From the sequence record DRR723986_6726: a stretch of DNA of 54,375 nt. One strand, given 5' to 3'. Below the pieces are notes generated by a model. It was not told where the DNA came from. It was given only the letters and a program-made list of their open reading frames with translations, and made no database searches. Shown one piece after another: positions 37,814 to 47,220 of the stretch. Position 1 is the first letter of the stretch; each line of letters starts with the position of its first letter. Both the position numbers and the translations under genes were made by a program.

Positions 37814-38053
37814 ATGGCGACTATTTTTGCAGCAGTACTGGTGATGTTGCTGATCGTGGCGGCGATGTCGGTCGGCGTTATCTTTGGACGCAAGCCGATA
37901 GCGGGCTCTTGTGGCGGCGTGGGTGCAGCGTTGGCTGATCCGGATTATGTCTGTGACCTCTGCGGGAACGACCCGAATAAGTGTAAAGAAGAGTCCGAGA
38001 AAGCGGCGATGCAGGCTGACAGCAAGCAATTTTATGACGCTAGCCGCGACTAG
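37814..38053 (+). CDS. nqrM: Na+-NQR maturation factor NqrM
   Basis: TM helix, then MSVGVIFGRKPIAGSCGG...CDLC...C; follows apbE. Confidence 0.88.
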   Translation: MATIFAAVLVMLLIVAAMSVGVIFGRKPIAGSCGGVGAALADPDYVCDLCGNDPNKCKEESEKAAMQADSKQFYDASRD

Positions 38054-38062
38054 CGGTTCCTG

Positions 38063-38083
38063 TGCGCCGCACACAGCGGCGCA
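38063..38083 (+). terminator. GC-rich hairpin after the nqr operon (possible terminator or stability element)
   Basis: TGCGCCGC-ACACA-GCGGCGCA; the U-tract is weak and distant. Confidence 0.45.
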
Positions 38084-38152
38084 ATAACTGCGGTTTCTTG
38101 TCCCGACAATGCTAGTATAGAGGCCCAACCGTTCACGGCCCCCAGCAACACT

Positions 38153-39400
38153 ATGCCAGCTTCACTCCCATTCTTTATTGGTCTTCGCTATTTTCGCAAG
38201 GGTGCGGGTGATGACCGTTTTCTATCCTTGATGTCGTGGTTTTCACTATTGGGCATGATGCTCGGTGTTGTCTCACTGATCGTCGTGACCGCCGTCATGA
38301 ATGGCTTTGAAGCCGAGCTACAGAAACGGGTGTTGTCAGTGTTACCGCATGCCTATGTGGAGGGGCCGAATCAACGCCTGGATGATTGGCCTGCACAGCG
38401 ACAAGCGATAGCCTCGGCGCCAGGGCTAAAAGCCTCGGCACCCTACGTCGGTGGCAAGGCGATGCTGTCGGCGGCAGGCAGAATACAGGGCGTTGCGATG
38501 TACGGCATCGACCCCGAATTAGAGCGGTCAGTGTCATCGGTCGCCGAAAAAATGATCGCCGGCCGCTACTTGAGCGAAACGCCGGGTCACTACGAAGTGG
38601 TCGTCGGCGATATCCTTGCGCGGCAGTTGGATTTAATGCCCGGCGACACGCTGCGGGTGATTTTACCGAAGGTCACCGTCACGCCCTTTGGTTTATTTCC
38701 CCGGGAGCGGGTTTTCACCGTTGTTGGAATGTTTTCAGCGGGCGCGCAGCTTGATGCCAGCACCGCGTTTATTCATCTTCAAGACGCACAAAAACTGTAT
38801 CAACTGGGCACTGCCGTGCAGGGCTTACGCCTGCAGTTTAGCGACCTTCTCCAGTCGGCAAAGTGGTCTGCCGATCTACTGCCCTTGCTTCCCAAAGGCA
38901 GCACAGTGGTGGACTGGAGTGTCAGCCAGGGCAGCCTGTTTCAAGCCGTTAAGATGGAAAAGCTGATGGTGCGGCTGCTGTTGATGTTTATCGTCATCAT
39001 CGCCGCCTTCAATATTATTTCCATTCTAAGTATGGCCGTTTCCTCTCGGCGCGGTGCCATTGCGGTGTTGCGTACCATGGGTGCATCGCCTGGCAGTATC
39101 ACCGGGGTATTCATTGTCTACGGGGTCGCAACCGGGCTGTGCGGTGTGTTGTTGGGCTTGCTGATTGGCGTGCCGCTGGCAGTAAATATTGGTGACGTCG
39201 TCGCGTGGTTAGAGTCCGTGACAGGTCTGTATGTGTTTGATCCGCAGGTGTACTTTATCAGCCGAATACCGTCGCTGCTGAGGGTGACGGATATTGTGTG
39301 GATTTGCGGTTTTGGTCTCGCACTAAGTGTATTGGCCACATTGTATCCCGCGCGCCAGGCGGCCAAAGTCCAGCCGGCAGAAGCATTGCGCTACGAGTAA
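38153..39400 (+). CDS. lolC: Lipoprotein-releasing ABC transporter permease LolC
   Basis: FIGLRY, VTAVMNGFEAEL, AAFNIISIL, ATLYPARQAAKVQPAEALRYE; first permease of the lol operon. Confidence 0.88.
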   Translation: MPASLPFFIGLRYFRKGAGDDRFLSLMSWFSLLGMMLGVVSLIVVTAVMNGFEAELQKRVLSVLPHAYVEGPNQRLDDWPAQRQAIASAPGLKASAPYVGGKAMLSAAGRIQGVAMYGIDPELERSVSSVAEKMIAGRYLSETPGHYEVVVGDILARQLDLMPGDTLRVILPKVTVTPFGLFPRERVFTVVGMFSAGAQLDASTAFIHLQDAQKLYQLGTAVQGLRLQFSDLLQSAKWSADLLPLLPKGSTVVDWSVSQGSLFQAVKMEKLMVRLLLMFIVIIAAFNIISILSMAVSSRRGAIAVLRTMGASPGSITGVFIVYGVATGLCGVLLGLLIGVPLAVNIGDVVAWLESVTGLYVFDPQVYFISRIPSLLRVTDIVWICGFGLALSVLATLYPARQAAKVQPAEALRYE

Positions 39401-40108
39401 ATGAAAAATATGGAACAACTAAACACCGCGAAACCGGTTTTACACTGCCAGGCCCTCTGCAAGCGTTATCGTCAGGGCGACGGCGAGCTCACCATTCTCG
39501 ATAACATCGAGCTGGTGGTGAAGAAGGGGGAAATGCTGGCGATAGTCGGGCCCTCAGGGGCTGGTAAAACCACCTTGTTGCATATGCTGGGAGGCTTAGA
39601 CTTGCCCAGTAGTGGTCGGGTACTGATTAACGACCGTGACATCGCCGCTCTTAATGACCGTGACCGCAGTCGTCTGCGCAATGCCGAGCTGGGCTTTGTC
39701 TACCAATTTCACCACCTGTTGGCAGAATTCAGCGCGGTCGAAAACGCCGCAATGCCGCTGCTTGTTGCCGGTAGAAAGCGACGAGAGGCAATGGCGGAGG
39801 CCGCGAGCTTGCTGGAGCGCGTTGGCTTGGCCAGTCGGCTCAGCCATCGTCCCGCCCAGCTTTCCGGTGGCGAGCGGCAGCGCGTGGCCATTGCCCGGGC
39901 GCTGGTCAATCGCCCGGCTTGTGTGTTGCTTGATGAACCAACCGGGAATTTGGACGGTGATACCGCTGAGTCTGTGCACGCGCTGCTCGCTGAACTTAAC
40001 CGCGAGTCTGCAACGAGTTTTTTAATTGTTACTCACGACCTACAACTGGCGCAGCGCATGGACAGAATTCTGGAATTGCGGGCTGGCCAATTGACGCAGA
40101 AGGTATAG
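39401..40108 (+). CDS. lolD: Lipoprotein-releasing ABC transporter ATPase LolD
   Basis: GPSGAGKTT, LolD motif GFVYQFHHLL, LSGGERQRVAIARAL, DEPTGNLD. Start could be 39410. Confidence 0.95.
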   Translation: MKNMEQLNTAKPVLHCQALCKRYRQGDGELTILDNIELVVKKGEMLAIVGPSGAGKTTLLHMLGGLDLPSSGRVLINDRDIAALNDRDRSRLRNAELGFVYQFHHLLAEFSAVENAAMPLLVAGRKRREAMAEAASLLERVGLASRLSHRPAQLSGGERQRVAIARALVNRPACVLLDEPTGNLDGDTAESVHALLAELNRESATSFLIVTHDLQLAQRMDRILELRAGQLTQKV

Positions 40109-40110
40109 CA

Positions 40111-41319
40111 GTGGCCGGTATCTCCAGATTTATTGGTTTGCGCTATAGCACCGGCGGTGATGGCAGTCAGCTGATGTCATTTCTATCGCGGTTGTCCATG
40201 GCGGGGTTGATATTGGGCATTGCCATGCTGATTACCGTGTTGTCGGTAATGAACGGTTTTGACCGGGAGATGCGCCAGCGTATTCTCGCCCTTGTGCCGC
40301 ACATAAGTATGGTGCCCTGGAATGGCGGCGACGCTGATTGGCAGTCATTTCGCAGCAGTGTTCTTGCACATTCTGAAGTTCGCGCTGTGGCGCCCTTTGT
40401 ACAGGGCAACGCGCTGTTAGTGAAGTCCAGTCAGGCCGAGCCGGTGCAGTTCTTCGGGGTCGACCTTGCGCAGGAAGCGACGGTGTCGCAGATGACACAG
40501 TTCGCTGATTTCAGCGCATTTCAAGGACAGAGCGTCGTGCTTGGTAAGGGGCTTGCAACGCGCCTTGGATTGGCGGCGGGAGACTCGTTGAGCTTGGCAA
40601 TTCCGCAGCCGGAGAAGGGGGGAGTGCGGTTTTATCGCTTTACGCTTGCGGCGATTTTCAGCAGTGGCACGGAGCTTGACCAACAGCTGGTATTGATGCC
40701 GCTGGCTACGGCCCAGTCATTATTGCCGAATCAGTCGTTGTCGTTGCGGGTTGCCCTGCACGACGTGTTTGCAGCGCCGAAAGTGGCCTGGGAGTTGTCA
40801 ACAGTGCATGGTCGACACTACCGGTTGCGTGATTGGAGTCAGCAATTTGGCAATATGTATCACGCGATACAAATGTCGAAAAAGTTAGTGGTGATAATGA
40901 TGTTGGCCGTAGTGGCCGTTGCGGTATTCAATATTGTTTCAACACTGGTGCTTGTGGTGAATGACAAGCGCTCGGATATTGCCATTCTGCGCAGCCAGGG
41001 CGCCACACAGAGCGACATACTGAAAACCTTTATGGTGTACGGCGCGATCATTGGCGGTATTGGCACACTCATTGGCGCCATACTGGGCGTGCTCTTCTCG
41101 CTGGTGATTGGTGATCTTGTGGCTGGCCTGGAGCAGGTGTCCGGAGCGCAGCTGTTGCGCTCGGATGTCTACCCAATTAGTTATCTGCCAACAGACATTC
41201 GCGCTAGCGACGTCGCGATTGTTAGTGCGGCGGCGTATTTTATGAGTGTTTTTGCCAGTTTGTATCCCGCATGGCGAGCATCGCGGCTCGCGCCCGCGCA
41301 TACCCTGCGGCAGCAGTAA
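40111..41319 (+). CDS. lolE: Lipoprotein-releasing ABC transporter permease LolE
   Basis: FIGLRY, LSVMNGFDREM, AVFNIVSTLVLVVNDKRSDIAILR, SLYPAWRAS. Confidence 0.88.
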   Translation: MAGISRFIGLRYSTGGDGSQLMSFLSRLSMAGLILGIAMLITVLSVMNGFDREMRQRILALVPHISMVPWNGGDADWQSFRSSVLAHSEVRAVAPFVQGNALLVKSSQAEPVQFFGVDLAQEATVSQMTQFADFSAFQGQSVVLGKGLATRLGLAAGDSLSLAIPQPEKGGVRFYRFTLAAIFSSGTELDQQLVLMPLATAQSLLPNQSLSLRVALHDVFAAPKVAWELSTVHGRHYRLRDWSQQFGNMYHAIQMSKKLVVIMMLAVVAVAVFNIVSTLVLVVNDKRSDIAILRSQGATQSDILKTFMVYGAIIGGIGTLIGAILGVLFSLVIGDLVAGLEQVSGAQLLRSDVYPISYLPTDIRASDVAIVSAAAYFMSVFASLYPAWRASRLAPAHTLRQQ

Positions 41320-41325
41320 CAGGGA

Positions 41326-41856
41326 TCAGTTAGGTGTTTTTGCTCTGCGCTGCTGTTGACGTTTACGCCAGCGGCGCACAACGTGCACGCGCCACAATAT
41401 GTGGATACCCACCGCACCGACCAGGCCGCAGAATAGCCCGGTCAGCAAGCAGCCGAGCAAGAACGGCCGCCACAACAAAATCAGTTCATCCTGAATCCAC
41501 TGCCAAGACAGCTCAAAGGCGAAGTCCTTGGCAGGCACATCAAGCAGGGCGGCACCCACTTTGTAGCTAAAATAGAAGAAGGCCGGCATGGTAACGGGGT
41601 TGGTGATCCATACCAGCATTACCGATAGCGGCAGATTTGCCCGCAGCAAAATAGCCAGCAGTGCTGCAAGGAGCATTTGTGTGGGAATGGGCACAAAGGC
41701 AGTGAACAGACCAATAAAAAACGCAAAGGTCACTGAGCGGCGATTTAAATGCCACAGATTAGGTTCGTGAAGAAGACTGCCGAACACGCGCACTGAGGGG
41801 TGTTCACGCATGCGCTCGGGAGCCGGAAGCCATCGCTTGAAGAATTTACGAGCCAT
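41326..41856 (-). CDS. DUF2062 family membrane protein
   Basis: PNLWHLNRRSV, FVPIPTQM, RANLPLS..LVWITNPVT; usual position between lolE and comEC. Confidence 0.88.
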   Translation of the reverse strand: MARKFFKRWLPAPERMREHPSVRVFGSLLHEPNLWHLNRRSVTFAFFIGLFTAFVPIPTQMLLAALLAILLRANLPLSVMLVWITNPVTMPAFFYFSYKVGAALLDVPAKDFAFELSWQWIQDELILLWRPFLLGCLLTGLFCGLVGAVGIHILWRVHVVRRWRKRQQQRRAKTPN

Positions 41857-41949
41857 TGGCCCCACTTTACGTAAAATGAATGCACATGACAGCCGCTAGC
41901 GCAGTGCCATGCGGCGTTATTATGCATGTAAGTCGAGAGCGAGACCAGT

Positions 41950-44271
41950 ATGTTGTCATGGATGACATTTGCTGCAGCCGGGCTGGCAGTGCCTCCTTTT
42001 CTGCCGGAGGTCATCGACTGGCGCCTGCTCGTCGGCGCTGCGATTGCTGCTGGCCTGATGGTAAAACGGCAGTGGCGCAGCGCAGCGGTAGCGTTTTTCC
42101 TCGCTTGCGGCTACAGCGCGCATTATTGCGAGCAGCGTTTCGCTCAGCTTCCCCCAGCAGGAGACATGCCGACAAAGGCGGTTTTCGACGCCCTGATCCT
42201 CGGTCCAATTGAGGAACAGAGTGGTTATGGGCGGGTTTACTATCGCTTTGATATTCAGTTGGCCGCCGGGCAGTGTGCCGACGGCTACTGCCCCGCCGGT
42301 CGCGCCCGATACCGAGTGAACTATTACGGCGTGCGTCCCCCTCAAGCTGGCACCTGGGCGAGGTTGACGCTGCGCTTGCGACCGCCAACGGGTGCCCGGT
42401 CAGTGGGTGCGTTTGACTACGGCCAGTGGCTGATTGCCAACGGCTACGCCGGGCGCGGTTATGCCAAAGCCATTATGCCAATCGCAGGCGCTGAACACGC
42501 AGCCAGTATTGGTGTTCGCTATCAGCAACTGCGTAATCGCTTGTTGAGTCAGCAGCGCGAGGCGCTCGTTGGCCTGTCGCGGCAGGGTATTATGCGGGCG
42601 CTGCTCTACGCGGATCGGCGCGATGTCAGCGACGAGGATTGGGCGCTGCTTTCCCGAACCGGCACCAGTCACCTGATGGCCATATCAGGTATGCATATTG
42701 GCATTGTTATGGCTTGGGGCTTTGTTCTGGCTCGCCTGCTTGGCGCCGTATTGACACGAGGCGGGCAGGGCAGTGTATGGCTGGGGCCGGCTCTTGGGTT
42801 TGCTCTGGCCAGCGCTTATGCCGCAATGGCCGGGTTTACGCTGCCCACTCAGCGGGCATTAATCATGGCCGCCGTGCTATGTGTCGGGCTGCTACTACAG
42901 CGGCGTATATCGCCGTGGCAGGGCCTTCAGATTGCGCTGGTATTGGTGCTGATGCGCGACCCACTGGCGCTGCACAGCGCTGGGTTTTATCTGTCATTTG
43001 TTGCTGTGGGCGTATTGCTGATGCTGACAATGGGCGTGCAATCGGACCAGGCCGCGTGGCGCAAACTGCCGCTTCTTCAAGCGCAACTGTTATTCGTATT
43101 ATTGCCTGTGCTGGCGATCTGGGGTTTCGGCTCTGGCGTCGCGGCATTACCGGCAAATTTAGTGGCAATTCCGGCGCTCGCGCTGGTCATTATGCCGGTG
43201 CTCTTTATCGCGTTGTTGGCGGCTTGGCTAGGCTTGCCTGATTTTGGCCTATTTTCTGCCGCGAATTCGCTGCTCAAGTGGCTGTTTAATTATCTTGAGC
43301 TGCTGTCACAGCTGCCATATTGGCAGCCCGCGCTTAGCGTTTTATCGATCCTGTGCCTACTGTTGGCTGCGGGTTTACTGTTGTTGCCCCGCGGCGTATT
43401 GGGTCGCCCCTTGGCGGTGATTTTTGCGGGGCTCGGTTTGCTACAAACACCACCATCGCCGCCACCCGGCCATGTATGGGTGAGTGTGTTAGATGTGGGG
43501 CAGGGCTTGTCGGTGTTGGTTCAACAAGGGCGGCGTGCATTGATCTACGACACCGGGCCTAGCTTCTCGGCGCGCTACAACAGTGTTGATGCGGTGCTAC
43601 TTCCGCTGCTTCGTCGCCGCGGCATTCACCGGGTCGATCGCTTAGTTCTCAGTCACGGAGACCGCGATCACGCTGGCGCGGCCGACAGGCTGGTGAGCGC
43701 GGTGCCGGTGAAGCAGGTGCTGTCCGGCGAACCCGAGCGACACCGCGAATTGGCGGCGAAGAACTGTCATTTCGCGTCACCCTGGTTGTGGGACGGTGTG
43801 GAATACCGTTTTCTACGCTATTCGCCCTCTCGTGACAGCAAGAGCAATAACCGCAGCTGCGTTCTGCTTATTCGCGCTGGCGATCACCGAGTACTGCTGA
43901 CCGGCGATATTGAACGGGGTATTGAAGCAAAATTGGCGCGAAATTGGCCCCCAGAGGTAGCGCTGGACATGCTCCTGGCGGCGCATCACGGTAGTAAAAG
44001 CTCCTCGTCTGATGTATTTCTCCGCGCTACTCAGGCCGAGCACGTTGTCTTTGCGGCCTCGCGGTTTAACACCTACGGACACCCTGCCAAAGACGTTACC
44101 GAGCGTTTTCAAAGGCTGGGAAGCCGCTGTTGGCAAACAGGCATCCACGGTAGTGTGCATTTCGAGATGACCAGCGAGGGCATGCAACTTTTGCGATATG
44201 ACGGGAAAAAGCGCTACTTCTGGCAGATTACTCCCAAAGATGTGTGCGCCGTGCCGTATTCAGGGCCGTGA
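41950..44271 (+). CDS. comEC: DNA uptake channel ComEC/Rec2
   Basis: GTSHLMAISGMHI, AGFTLPTQRA, GFYLSF, LDVGQG, YDTG, SHGDRDHAG (MBL fold), LTGDIE, HHGSKSSS. Confidence 0.93.
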   Translation: MLSWMTFAAAGLAVPPFLPEVIDWRLLVGAAIAAGLMVKRQWRSAAVAFFLACGYSAHYCEQRFAQLPPAGDMPTKAVFDALILGPIEEQSGYGRVYYRFDIQLAAGQCADGYCPAGRARYRVNYYGVRPPQAGTWARLTLRLRPPTGARSVGAFDYGQWLIANGYAGRGYAKAIMPIAGAEHAASIGVRYQQLRNRLLSQQREALVGLSRQGIMRALLYADRRDVSDEDWALLSRTGTSHLMAISGMHIGIVMAWGFVLARLLGAVLTRGGQGSVWLGPALGFALASAYAAMAGFTLPTQRALIMAAVLCVGLLLQRRISPWQGLQIALVLVLMRDPLALHSAGFYLSFVAVGVLLMLTMGVQSDQAAWRKLPLLQAQLLFVLLPVLAIWGFGSGVAALPANLVAIPALALVIMPVLFIALLAAWLGLPDFGLFSAANSLLKWLFNYLELLSQLPYWQPALSVLSILCLLLAAGLLLLPRGVLGRPLAVIFAGLGLLQTPPSPPPGHVWVSVLDVGQGLSVLVQQGRRALIYDTGPSFSARYNSVDAVLLPLLRRRGIHRVDRLVLSHGDRDHAGAADRLVSAVPVKQVLSGEPERHRELAAKNCHFASPWLWDGVEYRFLRYSPSRDSKSNNRSCVLLIRAGDHRVLLTGDIERGIEAKLARNWPPEVALDMLLAAHHGSKSSSSDVFLRATQAEHVVFAASRFNTYGHPAKDVTERFQRLGSRCWQTGIHGSVHFEMTSEGMQLLRYDGKKRYFWQITPKDVCAVPYSGP

Positions 44272-44331
44272 TGACTTTTTCATTGCCAGCATCGCTGTAT
44301 AATGCAGCGACAAAAATAAAGAGGCTGTGCT

Positions 44332-44973
44332 GTGCTGGAACTCGTCAAAGCTGGTGGCTGGCTAATGCTACCAATCATCCTTTCTTCCATTCTCGCCCTG
44401 GCAATTTGTGTAGAACGTTTTTTAGCGCTGAACCCCGACAAGGTCGCCCCGCGCAATTTGCTCAATCAGGTGTGGGGCTGGATGCAAAACAAGCAGCTGG
44501 ACAATGAGAAACTTCGCCAGCTGCGCAAGGGCTCGCCACTCGGCGAAATCATTGCCGCCGGGCTTGGCAACGCCAAACACGGCCGCGATATTATGAAGGA
44601 GAGCATCGAAGACGCGGCCTCCCATGTTATTCACGAGCTGGAACGCTACCTCAATGCCCTGGGAACAATTGCTGCTGTTACCCCGCTACTGGGCTTGCTG
44701 GGAACCGTGGTCGGCATGATCCGGGTATTCAGCGAGATCATGGTGCAGGGGACCGGAAATGCGGGGGTACTGGCTGGAGGTATTTCCGAGGCACTGATCA
44801 CCACCGCCTCCGGACTGTGTGTAGCCATTCCCGCGCTGATTATGCACCGGTATTTCTTGCGCCGTATTGATGCCATCGTTGTGACGATGGAGCAAGATAC
44901 CATCAAACTCATTAATGCCGTCCACGGCGATGTGCAAATGAAAGAAAATAGCCACTCGGGGCGCTCGGCGTGA
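44332..44973 (+). CDS. exbB: MotA/TolQ/ExbB family proton-channel protein
   Basis: LGTIAAVTPLLGLLGTVVGMI and GISEALITTASGL. Confidence 0.9.
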   Translation: MLELVKAGGWLMLPIILSSILALAICVERFLALNPDKVAPRNLLNQVWGWMQNKQLDNEKLRQLRKGSPLGEIIAAGLGNAKHGRDIMKESIEDAASHVIHELERYLNALGTIAAVTPLLGLLGTVVGMIRVFSEIMVQGTGNAGVLAGGISEALITTASGLCVAIPALIMHRYFLRRIDAIVVTMEQDTIKLINAVHGDVQMKENSHSGRSA

Positions 44974-45395
44974 AGTTTCGCCGGCAGCGTATCGATGACG
45001 GCGGCGTAAACCTGACGCCGCTGATCGACGTGGTATTTCTCCTGTTGATTTTCTTTATGGTGTCTACAACCTTTACTAAGGAAAGTCGTCTACAGCTGGA
45101 GTTGCCCACGGCCGAGGGTGAGTCGCTTAGCGATGACACCGACCTGATCGAAATTATCATCAACGCGCAGGGCCGTTTTCAAGTCAATGAACAATCACTG
45201 GGTGATGGTGGTCTAGAGGCATTGCTTAAGGCTCTGCAGAATGCCTCGGGCGGTGATACGATGCGCCCGGTCACCATTACCGCTGACGCCAACAGCCCCC
45301 ATCAAGCGGTTGTTACGGCGATGGATGCGGCGGGCCGCCTGGGCTTTGTTAAGCTTAGAATTACCACACAGGAAGCTGATGCCAGCCCAAACTAG
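44970..45395 (+). CDS. exbD: ExbD/TolR family protein
   Basis: NLTPLIDVVFLLLIFFMV (essential TM Asp) and ITADA...HQAVVTAMDAA; GTGA overlap with exbB. Confidence 0.9.
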   Translation: MKFRRQRIDDGGVNLTPLIDVVFLLLIFFMVSTTFTKESRLQLELPTAEGESLSDDTDLIEIIINAQGRFQVNEQSLGDGGLEALLKALQNASGGDTMRPVTITADANSPHQAVVTAMDAAGRLGFVKLRITTQEADASPN

Positions 45396-45408
45396 GGCGG
45401 CTTATATT

Positions 45409-47220
45409 ATGAGCAAAAAACCTTCAGATTTAGCTATTTATGGCCGACTTTTAAAGTACGTTATCCCATTTTGGCCGCTGTTTTTGCTCAGTGTTCTGGG
45501 CTTCTCATTCTATTCGGGTGTACAGGTTTTACTCGCCGATATGATGCAGCTGATCGTCGATTACATCGGCGGAAATGTTAAGCCGGGCGAGGGCGGGGTA
45601 ACGGCCAAGATGATGTGGGCGCTGGGCGGTGATGACTTCCACCTGGGCTCGGCGCGTACCTGGATCGTGGTGGCACTGGTGGCACTGGGTGTTGGTCGCG
45701 GGCTGGGCTTTTTCGCGGGTAACTATTTTATTGCCGGTATCTCACACCGCTTGGTGCACGTATTGCGGGTTGAGCTCTATCAAAAAATGCAGTTCATCCC
45801 CAGTAGCTATTTCGATCGCAACTCCACGGGCGCACTGATCTCAAAAATTACCTTTAATGTCGAGCAAGTGACGGGTGCTGCGGTCAACGCCCTGAAGGTG
45901 GTACTGCGCGAAGGCACCTTTGCGATTGGCTTGATGGCCTACCTCCTGTATATGAATTGGCAGCTGACCCTGGTTTTTTTACTTGCCTTGCCAATGATCG
46001 GCGTGACCGTGTGGTGGGTGGGCAAGCGCTTTCGCAAGATCAGCCGCAAGATCCAGAACGCAATGGGCGAGGTGAACCAAGTCACCAACGACAGTATTAA
46101 TGCCTATCGTGAAATTCGCCTGTATGGCGGCAGCGCCCAGGAAGCAAAGCGATTTCAGGCGGCGAGCGAAAAAAACCGCAATCAAAATATTAAAATGGCG
46201 TTCTACAACGCCATTAGTCCAACAGTCATTCAATTTCCGGTGGTGTTGGCGACGGGCCTGTTGATCTGGATTGCTCTGGGGCTTACCGGCCAAATGACAC
46301 CCGGTTCTTTTGTGGCCTACCTTTCCGCGGCGCTCTTTTTGCCCAAACCCATTCGCCAACTGGCGGAAGTGAGCAGCGTGATTCAGAAGGGCCTCGCGGC
46401 TGCCGAGAGTATTTTTGAATTTCTCGATGCTGAACAGGAAAAAGACGAGGGCCGCATAGAGTGTGAGCGTGTGCGCGGCGAGATAGACATTCGCCATCTC
46501 AATTTTCGCTACGGCCCGGAGCTGCCGAATGTGCTCACGGATATTAATTTGCATGTGGAGCCCGGTACGTCGCTAGCCTTGGTGGGCCTTTCTGGCTCGG
46601 GCAAGTCCACCTTGGTCAGTTTGCTGTCGCGTTTTTACCAGCACAGTGAAGGTGAGCTGTTGCTCGACGGCGTTGATATTCGCGATTACACCCTGGATAA
46701 CCTGCGCCACAATATCGCCTTGGTTACCCAGCAAGTGACGCTGTTCAATGACACGGTGTACAACAATATTGCCTACGGCAGCATGGCATCGGCCAGCCGT
46801 GAAGAGGTGCTTCGCGCGGTTGAGGCGGCCCACGCCAGCGACTTTATTAACAGTTTGCCTGAGGGAATCGATACCGTCATTGGTGAGGACGGCGTCATGC
46901 TATCCGGCGGTCAGCGTCAGCGTTTGGCCATTGCCCGGGCATTTTTGAAAAATGCGCCGCTGCTGATACTCGACGAGGCAACGTCGGCGCTCGATAACCA
47001 GGCGGAATCCCATATTCAAAAAGCGATGGAAGAGGTCATGAAAGGCCGCACAACCATCGTGATTGCCCACCGACTCAGCACTATTGAGAGTGCCGACCAA
47101 ATCGTGGTGATGGAGGAGGGGCGCATTCTGGAGCGGGGCAGCCACGCTGACTTGTTGGCCTTGGGGCAACGCTACGCTCAGTTATATAACCGCAATTTTG
47201 AGGAAGATAGTGAAGCTTGA
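45409..47220 (+). CDS. msbA: Lipid A export ABC transporter MsbA
   Basis: YGRLLKYV, TM domain, GLSGSGKST, LSGGQRQRLAIARA, LDEATSALD; directly upstream of lpxK. Start moved to ATG 45409. Confidence 0.93.
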   Translation: MSKKPSDLAIYGRLLKYVIPFWPLFLLSVLGFSFYSGVQVLLADMMQLIVDYIGGNVKPGEGGVTAKMMWALGGDDFHLGSARTWIVVALVALGVGRGLGFFAGNYFIAGISHRLVHVLRVELYQKMQFIPSSYFDRNSTGALISKITFNVEQVTGAAVNALKVVLREGTFAIGLMAYLLYMNWQLTLVFLLALPMIGVTVWWVGKRFRKISRKIQNAMGEVNQVTNDSINAYREIRLYGGSAQEAKRFQAASEKNRNQNIKMAFYNAISPTVIQFPVVLATGLLIWIALGLTGQMTPGSFVAYLSAALFLPKPIRQLAEVSSVIQKGLAAAESIFEFLDAEQEKDEGRIECERVRGEIDIRHLNFRYGPELPNVLTDINLHVEPGTSLALVGLSGSGKSTLVSLLSRFYQHSEGELLLDGVDIRDYTLDNLRHNIALVTQQVTLFNDTVYNNIAYGSMASASREEVLRAVEAAHASDFINSLPEGIDTVIGEDGVMLSGGQRQRLAIARAFLKNAPLLILDEATSALDNQAESHIQKAMEEVMKGRTTIVIAHRLSTIESADQIVVMEEGRILERGSHADLLALGQRYAQLYNRNFEEDSEA

